In this document: one piece after another, positions 7,071-15,652 of the stretch
Position numbering within the stretch: the first letter of the stretch is position 1
How the letters are laid out: each line of letters starts with the position of its first letter
Sequence record: NC_009452.1
Length of the DNA stretch: 23,814 nucleotides
Direction: 5' to 3' (one strand)
Notes under the pieces: model-generated
Database searches by the model: none
What the model saw: only the letters and a program-made list of their open reading frames with translations
Told to the model about the DNA's origin: nothing
Position numbers and translations under genes: made by a program

Positions 7071-7200
7071 CCTTTGTGAGAGTTGCTTTGGCTATCATGG
7101 TAACCAATAAGAGTTGGAAATCTTCATCATTTAGGCATTCCATGGCTTTGTCTAGAATCTTTTTAAGTTCTAGATAAACTTGATAGCATTCATCTCTCAT
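7030..7200 (-). CDS. ORF56, small helical protein (not in ORF track)
   Basis: MRDECYQVYLELKKILDKAMECLNDEDFQLLLVTMIAKATLTKVEKNDLQRRIPNK; its ATG directly follows the ORF76 stop (TAAATG). Confidence 0.7.
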   Translation of the reverse strand: MRDECYQVYLELKKILDKAMECLNDEDFQLLLVTMIAKATLTKVEKNDLQRRIPNK

Positions 7201-7431
7201 TTAAACCACCTTATCCATTACTAGTTTGAAATCATTCAATTGGTTAATAAAATGACAGAATAGCCATTCGCCTTCTTTTGGTTTGCATGAGGGACAAATA
7301 ATTTCAACCGCCACTGGTTTTCCCATTTTATTGGGGCATAATGATCTACAACCTTCTAATTTACTACTTTCTAGTTCTTGTTGGTTTTCATACACTTTTA
7401 TGATCACGTCTCCAAGGCGGTACATTTTCAT
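7201..7431 (-). CDS. ORF76, Cys-rich possible Zn-binding protein
   Basis: CRSLC, CPSC and CH motifs; coupled to neighbouring genes. Confidence 0.7.
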
Positions 7432-7886
7432 AAGAATTCTCCCCCATTGTCTCCAGAGTATTTGCTTTGCCCCTGGTTTTCATTTTCTCCGACTGAAAAT
7501 CCTTTTCCAAACATTCCTAATAGTGGTAGTAATTGGTTAAATAGATTAGCAATTTCTGGACTTCTTAATAACTGTATTATCTTATCAAGCGCTGATGGTT
7601 CTGCAAGAGATGCTAATTGTTTTGATAATGAGGTTACTTGTAGAGAGGACTGACCAATTAGATTCAATTGTAATGCGAACCATTGTGGTAACTTCATTGC
7701 AAGAAGATCTAACATTGCCAATACTTGTTGACCTGAGACATAACGTAGTTGGTAAGTTTGAATCATTTCTCTGGCTAATGCGAATACTACATCCGTTTCT
7801 TTCATTCCCTTTTGCTTTGCTAGATTCTCTATAAATTGAAGTTCTTCATCAGTGAAAAACTTCTTAAGTCTTTCACTCATTTTCAC
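7428..7886 (-). CDS. ORF152, N-terminal ribbon-helix-helix-like DNA-binding domain plus C-terminal extension
   Basis: [36 protein letters not shown] fits the CopG/RHH strand-helix-G-helix pattern by eye. ATG at 7880 is the likely start. Confidence 0.65.
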
Positions 7887-8067
7887 TCTCCTCTTTCTTT
7901 TGGGTTAATTCAGTGAGGTCAGTTAATAACTTGATTAAGAAGGGAGCTAATTCGTTAATTATTTGATTTAAATCTTCTCTGCTTAATTCAACCTCTTCTT
8001 CAAAATCTTCATTATCGTTCTCTTCTTCATAAAAACAGATGGAGATACACTTACGCACTTGATTCAC
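7873..8067 (-). CDS. ORF64a, small acidic protein
   Basis: Acidic stretch [13 protein letters not shown]; overlaps both neighbours in operon fashion. Confidence 0.65.
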
Positions 8068-8380
8068 CCTCTTGAATAAATTGTGCTAGAAATTCGTTTC
8101 TATTAACGCCTAATCTATCAAGTGCCTTTAACACAACTTCCATTATAATTTTCAAATCGTCAAGATCAAACGCTATTGTAGACCTTATCGGTGAATCGGT
8201 AACTATTCCGACAATCAAGACATAGTCTCCGTTAATTTTAGCCGGTAGGGAGAATGATCTCTTCATGTTTTCAATTGTTTTGATTTGTTGTTTTACTTCC
8301 GCCGGTAGAAAACTAGATAGTTGTTTTGCCTTTTTAATCATTTCTTCCGGAACCAAAACGTTTCCACTAGGCATGGTCAA
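8051..8380 (-). CDS. ORF109, hypothetical alpha/beta protein, first gene of the leftward cluster
   Basis: TTTATGAA box (8398-8405) 24 nt before the ATG at 8374. Confidence 0.75.
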   Translation of the reverse strand: MTMPSGNVLVPEEMIKKAKQLSSFLPAEVKQQIKTIENMKRSFSLPAKINGDYVLIVGIVTDSPIRSTIAFDLDDLKIIMEVVLKALDRLGVNRNEFLAQFIQEGESSA

Positions 8381-8382
8381 AT

Positions 8383-8458
8383 AGAAGTTATTTTTACTTC
8401 ATAAATCATTTCCTGGAACCCTCTTTCAGTAACATTTTTCTTATTGGTAATAACTTCT
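8383..8458. promoter_or_regulatory. Divergent promoter region bounded by a perfect 10-bp inverted repeat
   Basis: AGAAGTTATT (8383-8392) and AATAACTTCT (8449-8458). Confidence 0.6.
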
Positions 8459-8462
8459 TTAC

Positions 8463-8762
8463 TTGATGATAGCTCATAAAGAAGAAGTTCTAAAATTTTT
8501 AGATAAAATGAACTATAATTTCGCATTGTTAATCAAAAAAGGTGACAAGATAATAGACGCAATACTGTTTGATGTGGCTCAACCAAGACTGTTTGATCTA
8601 GTGTTAAAGTACAAAGAGTTTGTTAAACTGTTCGGAGAGGAAGTGTCTTTCGAAATTCTAAATAAGAAAGGTGAAACAATTAACGTATTAGATGTGCCTA
8701 TCATTTTCAATGAAGAATCGACACATAATAGGAGTGAACCTATGTATAGGGGTTATCAATGA
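8463..8762 (+). CDS. ORF99b, hypothetical protein
   Basis: ATGA overlap with the glycosyltransferase start. Confidence 0.75.
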
Positions 8763-9706
8763 CTATGATAACATTTCTCACAACTACTCAGAATGGAAGT
8801 TATGATAGACTTGCGACAAGACAAGCTGTATTTCTTAAACAAAATCTGAATGTGGATTCTCAAATCATACGAATGGCGCAAACGCAGTTAGTACCAGTAA
8901 AGGGTTCTCATGTAATCATTTACACTACTTTCAACATTTATCCAGTTTTAATTAATAAGTATAGACAACAGTTGGAAGGTAAGAAATGTGTGGCTTTATT
9001 AGATTCCGCATTAATGACAATACCTTATAGGAACCCAGTTTTCAAAGATCCTATTTGTACTGTTTATACAACTTCAAGATTTAATCAAGAGAATTTTGCT
9101 ACACTGGGCGTTAGTATACCCTACATTCCACATTTTATACCAGATCCTAACCCAGAAGGTAAACTAAAGTCTCTCTCAGAACGACAATACGATTTTATAA
9201 CAGTAGGCATTAATGAAATGGATTTTGATAGGAAAGGGCATTTTTGGAACTTTTTAGTTCAGAGATGGGGATTTAAGGCAATCTCTGTATGCAAGTTTTA
9301 CTGTTTTGGTGATCATAAACAAGACTTACCAGATGAAGAATTATGGTCACTTTATGCAAACACGAAATGGTACTTGGGTACGTCACATGCGGAGACTCCG
9401 CATTTGCCATTATTAGAAGCTTATGCTTTTGGAACCCCGGCGGTATACATTAGCGCCCATGAGTTTAGGTACATAGGATTTGGTATTCCAATTTCACCGG
9501 CATACATTAATGTTAAAGGCACTAAGAACTTTTATTTTGCCGAGATAAATACGGAGTCTTTCATTCAAGCTGTAGGTAAGGCAATGAGAATGAGTGAAGG
9601 TGATTATAACTCACTCTCTAAGCAAGCTAGGCGCTTTTTCGAAAACAATTATTCCCTTAATAATAGAGTAGATGAGTTTAGGGCGCTTTTTGATGACTCA
9701 ATGTAA
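8759..9706 (+). CDS. GT-B fold (GT4-like) glycosyltransferase
   Basis: [18 protein letters not shown] matches the E-x7-E (EGFGLPxLEA...G.PV) signature. Size fits a GT-B enzyme. Confidence 0.88.
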
Positions 9707-9881
9707 ACCACTTTCATTTTTTCTACGAAATGGAAGGATTATAAAAAAGACTGACTATGGTAATTACATTCGTTACGAGATCATTATAAGAAACCAGAAA
9801 TTAGCTATTCTTGATTGTAAGGATAATCAATGTATCGAAATTGCTTCTTTTGATCTTACGAAGATTAATAAGAAGAAATAA
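9693..9881 (+). CDS. ORF62, small beta-rich protein
   Basis: ATG at 9693 overlapping the GT end is preferred over 9672. Confidence 0.6.
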   Translation: MTQCKPLSFFLRNGRIIKKTDYGNYIRYEIIIRNQKLAILDCKDNQCIEIASFDLTKINKKK

Positions 9882-9884
9882 GGT

Positions 9885-10046
9885 ATGGAGAATTTCATTT
9901 TGCTTATTGTTGGTTTCATTTATGGCGCTGGTGGAGTGTTATTATACAGTGTTTACAAGGAAGTTAGGGAGATGAAACAGATCTTTGAACAAATTCTTTC
10001 TCAAATGCAAACTAAAGATTATGAAGAAACTAATGATTTTATGTAG
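9885..10046 (+). CDS. ORF53b, TM plus coiled-coil small protein (not in ORF track)
   Basis: MENFILLIVGFIYGAGGVLLYSVYKEVREMKQIFEQILSQMQTKDYEETNDFM; starts 3 nt after the ORF62 stop. Confidence 0.65.
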   Translation: MENFILLIVGFIYGAGGVLLYSVYKEVREMKQIFEQILSQMQTKDYEETNDFM

Positions 10047-10095
10047 TCTTCTTTTAGACCACTCTTTTCGTTAATCTGGTCTCTATCAGACTACT

Positions 10096-10281
10096 CTATC
10101 TCTTTGCCAATCTGGTTATCCATACGGTGAAGTCATTTAGATACCTAAACGTATCCATTATCCAATGCCCAAACCCTCTGATTACATACTTTGCTAAGGT
10201 AAAGAGAACATCAAATGTAATTCGGGTTAATGCTTTCAAGATCTGACCAAGAAGATCAGAGATTCCTAGGAAATTCGCCAT
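10096..10281 (-). CDS. ORF61a, amphipathic or membrane protein, paralog of ORF61b
   Basis: 18/61 identical to ORF61b without gaps. Confidence 0.8.
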   Translation of the reverse strand: MANFLGISDLLGQILKALTRITFDVLFTLAKYVIRGFGHWIMDTFRYLNDFTVWITRLAKR

Positions 10282-10328
10282 GCTATCTTATTACTGATTA
10301 TAAGGTGAGAATAAGTAAGTGATTATTC

Positions 10329-10514
10329 ATGGCTCAGTTTCTTGGTCTTGGTGACATTGGCGGTAATCTTGTTTATGAGCTTATTATGATTCTTTACAAG
10401 ATCTTCAAGTTCATTTCACTCAAGATTTTAGATGGACTTGGTAACTTCATGGAAATTGCTTTGGAGTATCTAGTGAAGTTTGTTTATCAGATCACAAGGT
10501 TCATACATAGGTAA
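10329..10514 (+). CDS. ORF61b, amphipathic or membrane protein, paralog of ORF61a
   Basis: Same length as ORF61a; shared MAxFLG start and ITRxxxR end. Confidence 0.8.
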   Translation: MAQFLGLGDIGGNLVYELIMILYKIFKFISLKILDGLGNFMEIALEYLVKFVYQITRFIHR

Positions 10515-10545
10515 CCATTTTATGCGGTTATAAGAGTGAGAAGAA

Positions 10546-11319
10546 ATGGGTGAACAAGTACTTGACTTTAGAGGTTTATTTGATGAGAGAGGAAATCCTA
10601 TTACAAAGCGAAAAAAGGCGGTAGAACAAGTGGAAGAAGTGGTAACTCCTGAGGAGAAAACTAAAGTTGTTACTGTAGAGAAACCTGTTTACATTCCTGT
10701 TGAAAAGAGAAAGTTAAAACGTAAGATAACTTTTGCTCCTGAAGATAGTTTATCTACTGATGATGTTTTTGCTCCCAGGGTTTACTATGATTATAACTTC
10801 TCTCCTTTTGACTTTCTTTCGAGAAGTAGAACATTTGCTCCCAGAATGTCTTACGATTACGAATACGCCCCAGAGGACTTTAGTTCTTATTCAGAGGTTT
10901 ACTCTCCTTCAGAAAGTTATGACGATACATTTGCTCCTAAGTATAGGAACTTTAGGAAGTCTGTTTACTCTCCATCCACAGTTATTAAAAACAAATTTGC
11001 TCCAAAAGTTACACAAAGAATTAAATTCAAACCTAGACTATTTGATAAGTTGTTAGCTATCTTTGCTCCCGAATCTATACTTAAAACTAAGGAGAATGTT
11101 AAGTATAAGCCATACAATTATCAGTACCAAGAAACGGCTATTATAGATACTTATAATCCAGAACAGATAACAACTGTTGAGAAGTTTTCCCCTAAAGATG
11201 AGAGTAACTTTAACTTGAGAATTGCTCCAGAGACTGACTTTTCGATTAAATTAAGTCCTCCTCCAATCTCATTTACAAGTGTTGACTACTATGGTATTTT
11301 AAAAAAGATCATAAGATGA
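10546..11319 (+). CDS. ORF257, [FY][AS]P repeat protein
   Basis: About 16 aromatic/aliphatic-x-Pro motifs spaced roughly 10-16 aa apart. Confidence 0.88.
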   Translation: MGEQVLDFRGLFDERGNPITKRKKAVEQVEEVVTPEEKTKVVTVEKPVYIPVEKRKLKRKITFAPEDSLSTDDVFAPRVYYDYNFSPFDFLSRSRTFAPRMSYDYEYAPEDFSSYSEVYSPSESYDDTFAPKYRNFRKSVYSPSTVIKNKFAPKVTQRIKFKPRLFDKLLAIFAPESILKTKENVKYKPYNYQYQETAIIDTYNPEQITTVEKFSPKDESNFNLRIAPETDFSIKLSPPPISFTSVDYYGILKKIIR

Positions 11320-11324
11320 TGTAG

Positions 11325-11837
11325 ATGTCTAACACTTCATTTGCTTTACGATTTTCACCTAGAATTGCTAGATTTCTAGGAAATGCTTACGCTCCATCAT
11401 ACTCTGCTAAGAATACTTTTGCCCCTGCTAACAGTAGATTAACAAATTCTGTTTATGCTCCAGGCGTTGCTATTGGTAATACATACGCCCCAGCGACTGG
11501 TAGAGTGAGCTTTAATGCTTATTCACCATCATACTCTTCAAGATCTAATTACTCACCATCAACAGATTTAGCTACTGATACAAAGTATAGTCCATTCTAT
11601 GAAGGTAAGTTAAATTACTCTCCTAGACTATGGTACAGTAATGATTATAATCCATTTGCTTACATTAGCAAAAGAAGAGTGTATGCGCCATTTGATTACT
11701 ACGACTTTGCGAGAAAGATAGATTATGCCCCTACTGACATCTACGTGAAAATGCCCAAAATAAAAATAGATGATAGTGCATTAAGGTACTTGGCTGATTA
11801 TAATAGATTTATAGTTAATCTTCTGAGGGTGTTGTGA
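11325..11837 (+). CDS. ORF170, [FY][AS]P repeat protein
   Basis: 12 F/Y-[ASN]-P motifs, mostly 10 or 12 aa apart. Confidence 0.88.
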   Translation: MSNTSFALRFSPRIARFLGNAYAPSYSAKNTFAPANSRLTNSVYAPGVAIGNTYAPATGRVSFNAYSPSYSSRSNYSPSTDLATDTKYSPFYEGKLNYSPRLWYSNDYNPFAYISKRRVYAPFDYYDFARKIDYAPTDIYVKMPKIKIDDSALRYLADYNRFIVNLLRVL

Positions 11838-11838
11838 C

Positions 11839-12117
11839 ATGAGCTTAATCGGACTTGATTTATTTGACTTTGTTAAAGGAATAGTCTTACTAGCATTAAC
11901 CAGTGGCGCTACGTATGCTATTGGTAAGCAATTCTTCTCCAGTAATTATTGTGCTATTGCAAGAATTATTCAAGCGTTATTACTGTTTGCTTCTTCATTC
12001 CTCTTTGATAGTGCCGGTGCTTTGATTTTAGGAGTTATAGTACTAATAATTGGTGTAGGTAATTATCTGGCTGAGACTAATAGTAAATTCGCTTTCCTGG
12101 ATCCCAATTTAGCTTAA
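11839..12117 (+). CDS. ORF92, small multi-TM protein
   Basis: Three hydrophobic segments; first segment resembles those of ORF119 and ORF85. Confidence 0.8.
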   Translation: MSLIGLDLFDFVKGIVLLALTSGATYAIGKQFFSSNYCAIARIIQALLLFASSFLFDSAGALILGVIVLIIGVGNYLAETNSKFAFLDPNLA

Positions 12118-12118
12118 G

Positions 12119-12478
12119 GTGATCAAAATGGAGTATGTGGAACCTTTAGCCCCCTTATACGGGGGAGAATACTCAACAACTGGAATTGTAACACTAAGTG
12201 TAGGAATAGCTTTACTAGTGTTAGCTAACGCTTTTGCTTATGCCCTAGTAAAAGCTTTCGGAATACAGTCATACTATGGAAGACTGTTAGGCGGAATAGT
12301 ATTACTAGTACTATCCATGTTACTGACACTGTCAACTAACTCAATTAATAAATTCAGAGGAGCCTTTACATTTGCTATCGGAGAAATTATCATAGGCGGA
12401 CTTGACGTAATTAATGACAAGTCCGGCTGGTCTCAACCAGTAGTATCTCCAACAGTTGGATGTCAAGGAGGCGCATAA
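12119..12478 (+). CDS. ORF119, small multi-TM protein (ATG at 12128 likely)
   Basis: AAGGTGA SD; three hydrophobic segments. Confidence 0.8.
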   Translation: MIKMEYVEPLAPLYGGEYSTTGIVTLSVGIALLVLANAFAYALVKAFGIQSYYGRLLGGIVLLVLSMLLTLSTNSINKFRGAFTFAIGEIIIGGLDVINDKSGWSQPVVSPTVGCQGGA

Positions 12479-12483
12479 TCTAA

Positions 12484-12594
12484 ATGAACCCTTATCTCTT
12501 CTCACTAGTACTACTGATAGGTTTAGGACTTGAAGTATTCCTCTACATTAAGTTATACACTAATAGTTCATACAACATCTTCAACCAATTGTAA
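12484..12594 (+). CDS. ORF36, single-TM peptide (not in ORF track)
   Basis: MNPYLFSLVLLIGLGLEVFLYIKLYTNSSYNIFNQL fills the gap after ORF119. Confidence 0.5.
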   Translation: MNPYLFSLVLLIGLGLEVFLYIKLYTNSSYNIFNQL

Positions 12595-12625
12595 AGAGTA
12601 TTTAAATTATTGTAAGGTGACCAGT

Positions 12626-12841
12626 ATGGATCCCTTCGTAAGTATGTTTCAAACATTCCTAGAAGTGCTAACGGCTACTGTATTAGCATTTACAGCTTAT
12701 GAAGCCTATGAGCGTAGAATGGAAAGGCAAGAAAAAGGAGAAGCAATGAGAGATCTAATTGACTTGCATAGAATGAGGACTATTGGAGACGTTATAGAGA
12801 AGCAAGAAGAGACAAAAGAGAAGCAAGCTCAAGGTAAATAA
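12626..12841 (+). CDS. ORF71, TM plus charged helical tail
   Basis: AAGGTGA SD supports the ATG at 12626 rather than the TTG at 12530. Confidence 0.75.
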   Translation: MDPFVSMFQTFLEVLTATVLAFTAYEAYERRMERQEKGEAMRDLIDLHRMRTIGDVIEKQEETKEKQAQGK

Positions 12842-12854
12842 GATCTCATAAGGT

Positions 12855-13118
12855 ATGGAACCAATTCACTTCAAGTGTGAGAAGGTAATTAGGCTTTTTT
12901 ATCCAGATCTTTTTCTATGTTTGGATGATTACCCAGGGGCAGGTTACGCATTTACAAGACCTCCTCTTGAGGTTATCATTGATAAGAAATGTCCAGAAGG
13001 ATGGGAGAAGAAATCAATTTACTTCTCTCCTTACGTTTTGTGTACAAAATTAATTAACCGCCCAGTTGAGCTTACCTATGAAAGAAATGGAAAATTTTAT
13101 CATGTTCTTCTCCAGTGA
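12855..13118 (+). CDS. ORF87, hypothetical Cys-containing protein
   Basis: In-operon ORF with four cysteines. Confidence 0.7.
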   Translation: MEPIHFKCEKVIRLFYPDLFLCLDDYPGAGYAFTRPPLEVIIDKKCPEGWEKKSIYFSPYVLCTKLINRPVELTYERNGKFYHVLLQ

Positions 13119-13162
13119 GCAAAGATTTATTTGTTTTGACACAACTCTGATAATGATGAATC

Positions 13163-13423
13163 ATGAATTATGAAAACTTAGATAAATTCATGAATTTCTT
13201 AAAAGAGAATGTAAAGATTGTGAGAGTTGGAGTAGTGTTTGATGCGTTAAAACATGATAAAAGATTCAAAGAATTCGTTGGAGTGAAGAAGTTAAGAAAA
13301 TCTGCAATTTATAATTACTCACAAAGAGGGATAATTCTAGGAAAAGGATCATTAGTGGTTTATGATCCTGATGAAGTGAGGAGAATAGCGGATAACTTCT
13401 TTAAAGATTCTATAAGATCATGA
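13163..13423 (+). CDS. ORF86, basic protein, possible winged-helix-like DNA binder
   Basis: Basic helices followed by a GKGSLVVYD hairpin. Fold assignment is by eye only. Confidence 0.65.
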   Translation: MNYENLDKFMNFLKENVKIVRVGVVFDALKHDKRFKEFVGVKKLRKSAIYNYSQRGIILGKGSLVVYDPDEVRRIADNFFKDSIRS

Positions 13424-13545
13424 TAGACGAGATCCTAAATGCGATAACAATACGACTTCTGACCCAGATAGTTACTTTTACCCCAGAAGTGAAAAGAAGT
13501 GTTAGTATAGACATTAGTCCTAAAACTAGGTTTAGAATAGAATAA
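13420..13545 (+). CDS. ORF41, mini protein with two x-x-P repeats (not in ORF track)
   Basis: MIDEILNAITIRLLTQIVTFTPEVKRSVSIDISPKTRFRIE; ATGA overlap with ORF86. Confidence 0.55.
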   Translation: MIDEILNAITIRLLTQIVTFTPEVKRSVSIDISPKTRFRIE

Positions 13546-13560
13546 AAGGTGATTTAAGTT

Positions 13561-13740
13561 ATGTATCTTTTTTATGTTCTCCTTTCTTCTCTTTTTCTTT
13601 CCGCTTTGATTTACGTTATTGGTAAAAGTCACCCTAATCTATTCATGTTCATAAGTTTATTTGTGAACGTTGTTACAATTCTCTACTTAGTCTTCAAAGA
13701 CTATGGTCAATACATCATTGCTAAACCAATTAACACTTAA
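13561..13740 (+). CDS. ORF59, two-TM protein (not in ORF track)
   Basis: AAGGTGA SD; [59 protein letters not shown]. Confidence 0.7.
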
Positions 13741-13762
13741 ATACCCCAATAAGGTGAGTACT

Positions 13763-13981
13763 ATGGCGAATGAAAAGACCCTATTTTACGCCCTATTAGG
13801 TGTAGGAGCAATTATCGTAGTCCTATCGACAACTGGCTATCTAAATAACGCTAGTAATCTATCAATAGCAATTTTATTTGCCGTCTTTGCTATAGCAATT
13901 GCAAGTGTTTATGAATTCAGAGAACCTGAGATAGTTGTCAAACCCGCTAAACCAACATTTGAGGAGAAAGTTATAGGGTGA
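13763..13981 (+). CDS. ORF72, two-TM protein
   Basis: AAGGTGA SD supports the ATG at 13763. The inter-TM loop NNASNLS has two N-x-S sequons. Confidence 0.75.
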
Positions 13982-14013
13982 TCTATTTTTAAACTCTATT
14001 AAGGTGATAACGC

Positions 14014-14517
14014 ATGAGTCATAAGCAAGGTGGACACAAGACTAAAGGCTTAGTTTTTCCAAGTAACTGGACTGGCAAATGGTTATACAGGGCTATTATT
14101 AACACTCCTAAGTGGCAATTAAATTCAGTGCTAAATAGCTATAAGTTCAATCAATGGATAGCTTTCGAGTCTATGCAATTAAACGGATTACAATTAAGCC
14201 CCAGAGTTTCTCCCGAGACTAACTTCATAAGATCAGTTGAAGTTGGTATCGCTGTGAGTGAGGCTGGTAAACAGTATGAATCAGTACCCCATAAGGTACC
14301 ACTAGAAGATAAGGTTAGGTTATTGAAGGAAGAACTAGAGGTTCCAATAATCGGTGACATGGTAAGATCAATGACCCAAGCCGTGTTACCTGGTCCCATG
14401 CCAGTTATGTATCCTAACACGGCTGAAGTTGAAACTCCAGTTGAGATAAAAGGTAAAGAAATACCTATAGAATTTAAAGAAGAAGGTAAAGAAATACCCG
14501 TTATGGCTGTAGGGTGA
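14014..14517 (+). CDS. ORF167, hypothetical protein with basic N-terminus and Pro/Glu-rich tail
   Basis: AAGGTGA SD; C-terminal KGKEIP / EGKEIP duplication. Confidence 0.82.
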   Translation: MSHKQGGHKTKGLVFPSNWTGKWLYRAIINTPKWQLNSVLNSYKFNQWIAFESMQLNGLQLSPRVSPETNFIRSVEVGIAVSEAGKQYESVPHKVPLEDKVRLLKEELEVPIIGDMVRSMTQAVLPGPMPVMYPNTAEVETPVEIKGKEIPIEFKEEGKEIPVMAVG

Positions 14518-14522
14518 GGTAA

Positions 14523-15047
14523 ATGGCTAGGAGACATAAGAAGTCTAAAAGTGATGTAGTTCAAATTAACCCAGACGCCACTATAAATTACGTTATGGGC
14601 ATACTAACTGGCGCTAACGCATACATTGACGGGTTATTATCTGGAGCAAACATGTATAATGCATGGGTAATGCAAGAGATGAGCTTAGAAGGTAAACCAA
14701 TAGGTACCTATAAGCCAGACTCACTTAGAGACTACATAGATAATCTAAAGAATACCAATCCAAGATTATACTCTCTAATGAAGACTGATCCTAAGGTATT
14801 TATTGATGAACTTCAGAAGACTGGACAACTTGACGCATTCCTAGGCGCAACTAACTATGCCAGACTTGCAAAGACTGACAAATACATGATAGAAGCCGGA
14901 AGAAAGTATCGTGACACTGTACCATCATTAGTAAAGAGCAAATCTCCTGACACTGGATTAGCATTTTTACAACAATACGCACCTTATGGCGGAATGACCA
15001 TGGCAAGATTAGGCAACATCTTAAAAACCGGTGTTAAGGTAGAATGA
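14523..15047 (+). CDS. ORF174, helical protein with basic N-terminal tail (candidate nucleoprotein)
   Basis: Starts MARRHKKSK; GGTGAGG SD; frequent TAC/GAC/AAC codons. Confidence 0.85.
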   Translation: MARRHKKSKSDVVQINPDATINYVMGILTGANAYIDGLLSGANMYNAWVMQEMSLEGKPIGTYKPDSLRDYIDNLKNTNPRLYSLMKTDPKVFIDELQKTGQLDAFLGATNYARLAKTDKYMIEAGRKYRDTVPSLVKSKSPDTGLAFLQQYAPYGGMTMARLGNILKTGVKVE

Positions 15048-15059
15048 AGGTGATCTAAA

Positions 15060-15317
15060 GTGGTAGAAATAGTTGGATCAAATTATTTTAACTTCCCCCC
15101 AACAACTCTAATTGTTCTAGCCTTAGGCTCCGCTATTGCGTATAAATTCCTATCAAACATAAGTACTAATCCTTACGTACCTGCAGTATTAGGTATTATA
15201 CTAGTCTTCCTAGGACATGGAGGTGTTATAAGTACCATAGGTGCTGGAATAACTGGATTAGCAATCTCAAGAGCTATAGGTAAAGACGTATTTAACTTCT
15301 TAAGTAAGGTGAGTTAA
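15060..15317 (+). CDS. ORF85, small Gly-rich multi-TM protein
   Basis: AAGGTGA SD; three hydrophobic segments with GxxxG motifs. Confidence 0.8.
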   Translation: MVEIVGSNYFNFPPTTLIVLALGSAIAYKFLSNISTNPYVPAVLGIILVFLGHGGVISTIGAGITGLAISRAIGKDVFNFLSKVS

Positions 15318-15318
15318 A

Positions 15319-15594
15319 ATGGCGCTAGTTGAAGCCGTAGAACCAATTATTTATGGAAACACAAAAACTGGAATCTCATTTGATTCTATTACCGGCGCTA
15401 TTATCGCTGGAGTTGTAGTGGGGCTTGCTAAAACCGCATTCTTAGGTAAATTCCCAGATTACGTTGAGGTTTTAATAGGTGTAGGATTACTATTCATGTA
15501 CGGACAATACGATTTACTAAGAGGTATTGGATTCGTATTAACCGCTGACGGAATCTATGGCTTAATAAAGAATTACATAAGCACATCAAGCTAA
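15319..15594 (+). CDS. ORF91b, small multi-TM protein, paralog of the ORF188 N-terminus
   Basis: Shares FP..IE/VE..IG and GFVLTADG with ORF188. Confidence 0.85.
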   Translation: MALVEAVEPIIYGNTKTGISFDSITGAIIAGVVVGLAKTAFLGKFPDYVEVLIGVGLLFMYGQYDLLRGIGFVLTADGIYGLIKNYISTSS

Positions 15595-15596
15595 AC

Positions 15597-15640
15597 TCTT
15601 TTTTCACCCCTATTTCTACTTCTTTTTTTAGATGATTATA
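15597..15640 (+). terminator. Pyrimidine/T-rich archaeal-type terminator
   Basis: CTCTTTTTTC and CTTCTTTTTTT tracts directly after ORF91b. Confidence 0.55.
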
Positions 15641-15652
15641 AGATGATAGATT

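Noticed and set aside
6944-7834. ORFs 6944-7177, 7283-7540, 7378-7653 and 7595-7834 (+)
   Set aside because: Antisense to a tightly coupled leftward gene cluster.
10733-11056. 107-aa alternative-frame ORF
   Set aside because: Nested in ORF257; its Leu-Leu pattern is the frame-shifted image of the TTTGCTCC repeat codons.
12530-12625. N-terminal extension of ORF103 from the TTG at 12530
   Set aside because: A strong SD supports the ATG at 12626, and the upstream region is better explained by ORF36. The same reasoning applies to 13703 vs 13763.
13435-14564. ORFs 13435-13632 and 14151-14564 (-)
   Set aside because: Antisense to SD-supported plus-strand genes.
14523-15047. ORF174 as a SIRV2-type capsid protein homolog
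   Set aside because: Only the basic N-terminus and size are similar; I see no alignable sequence.
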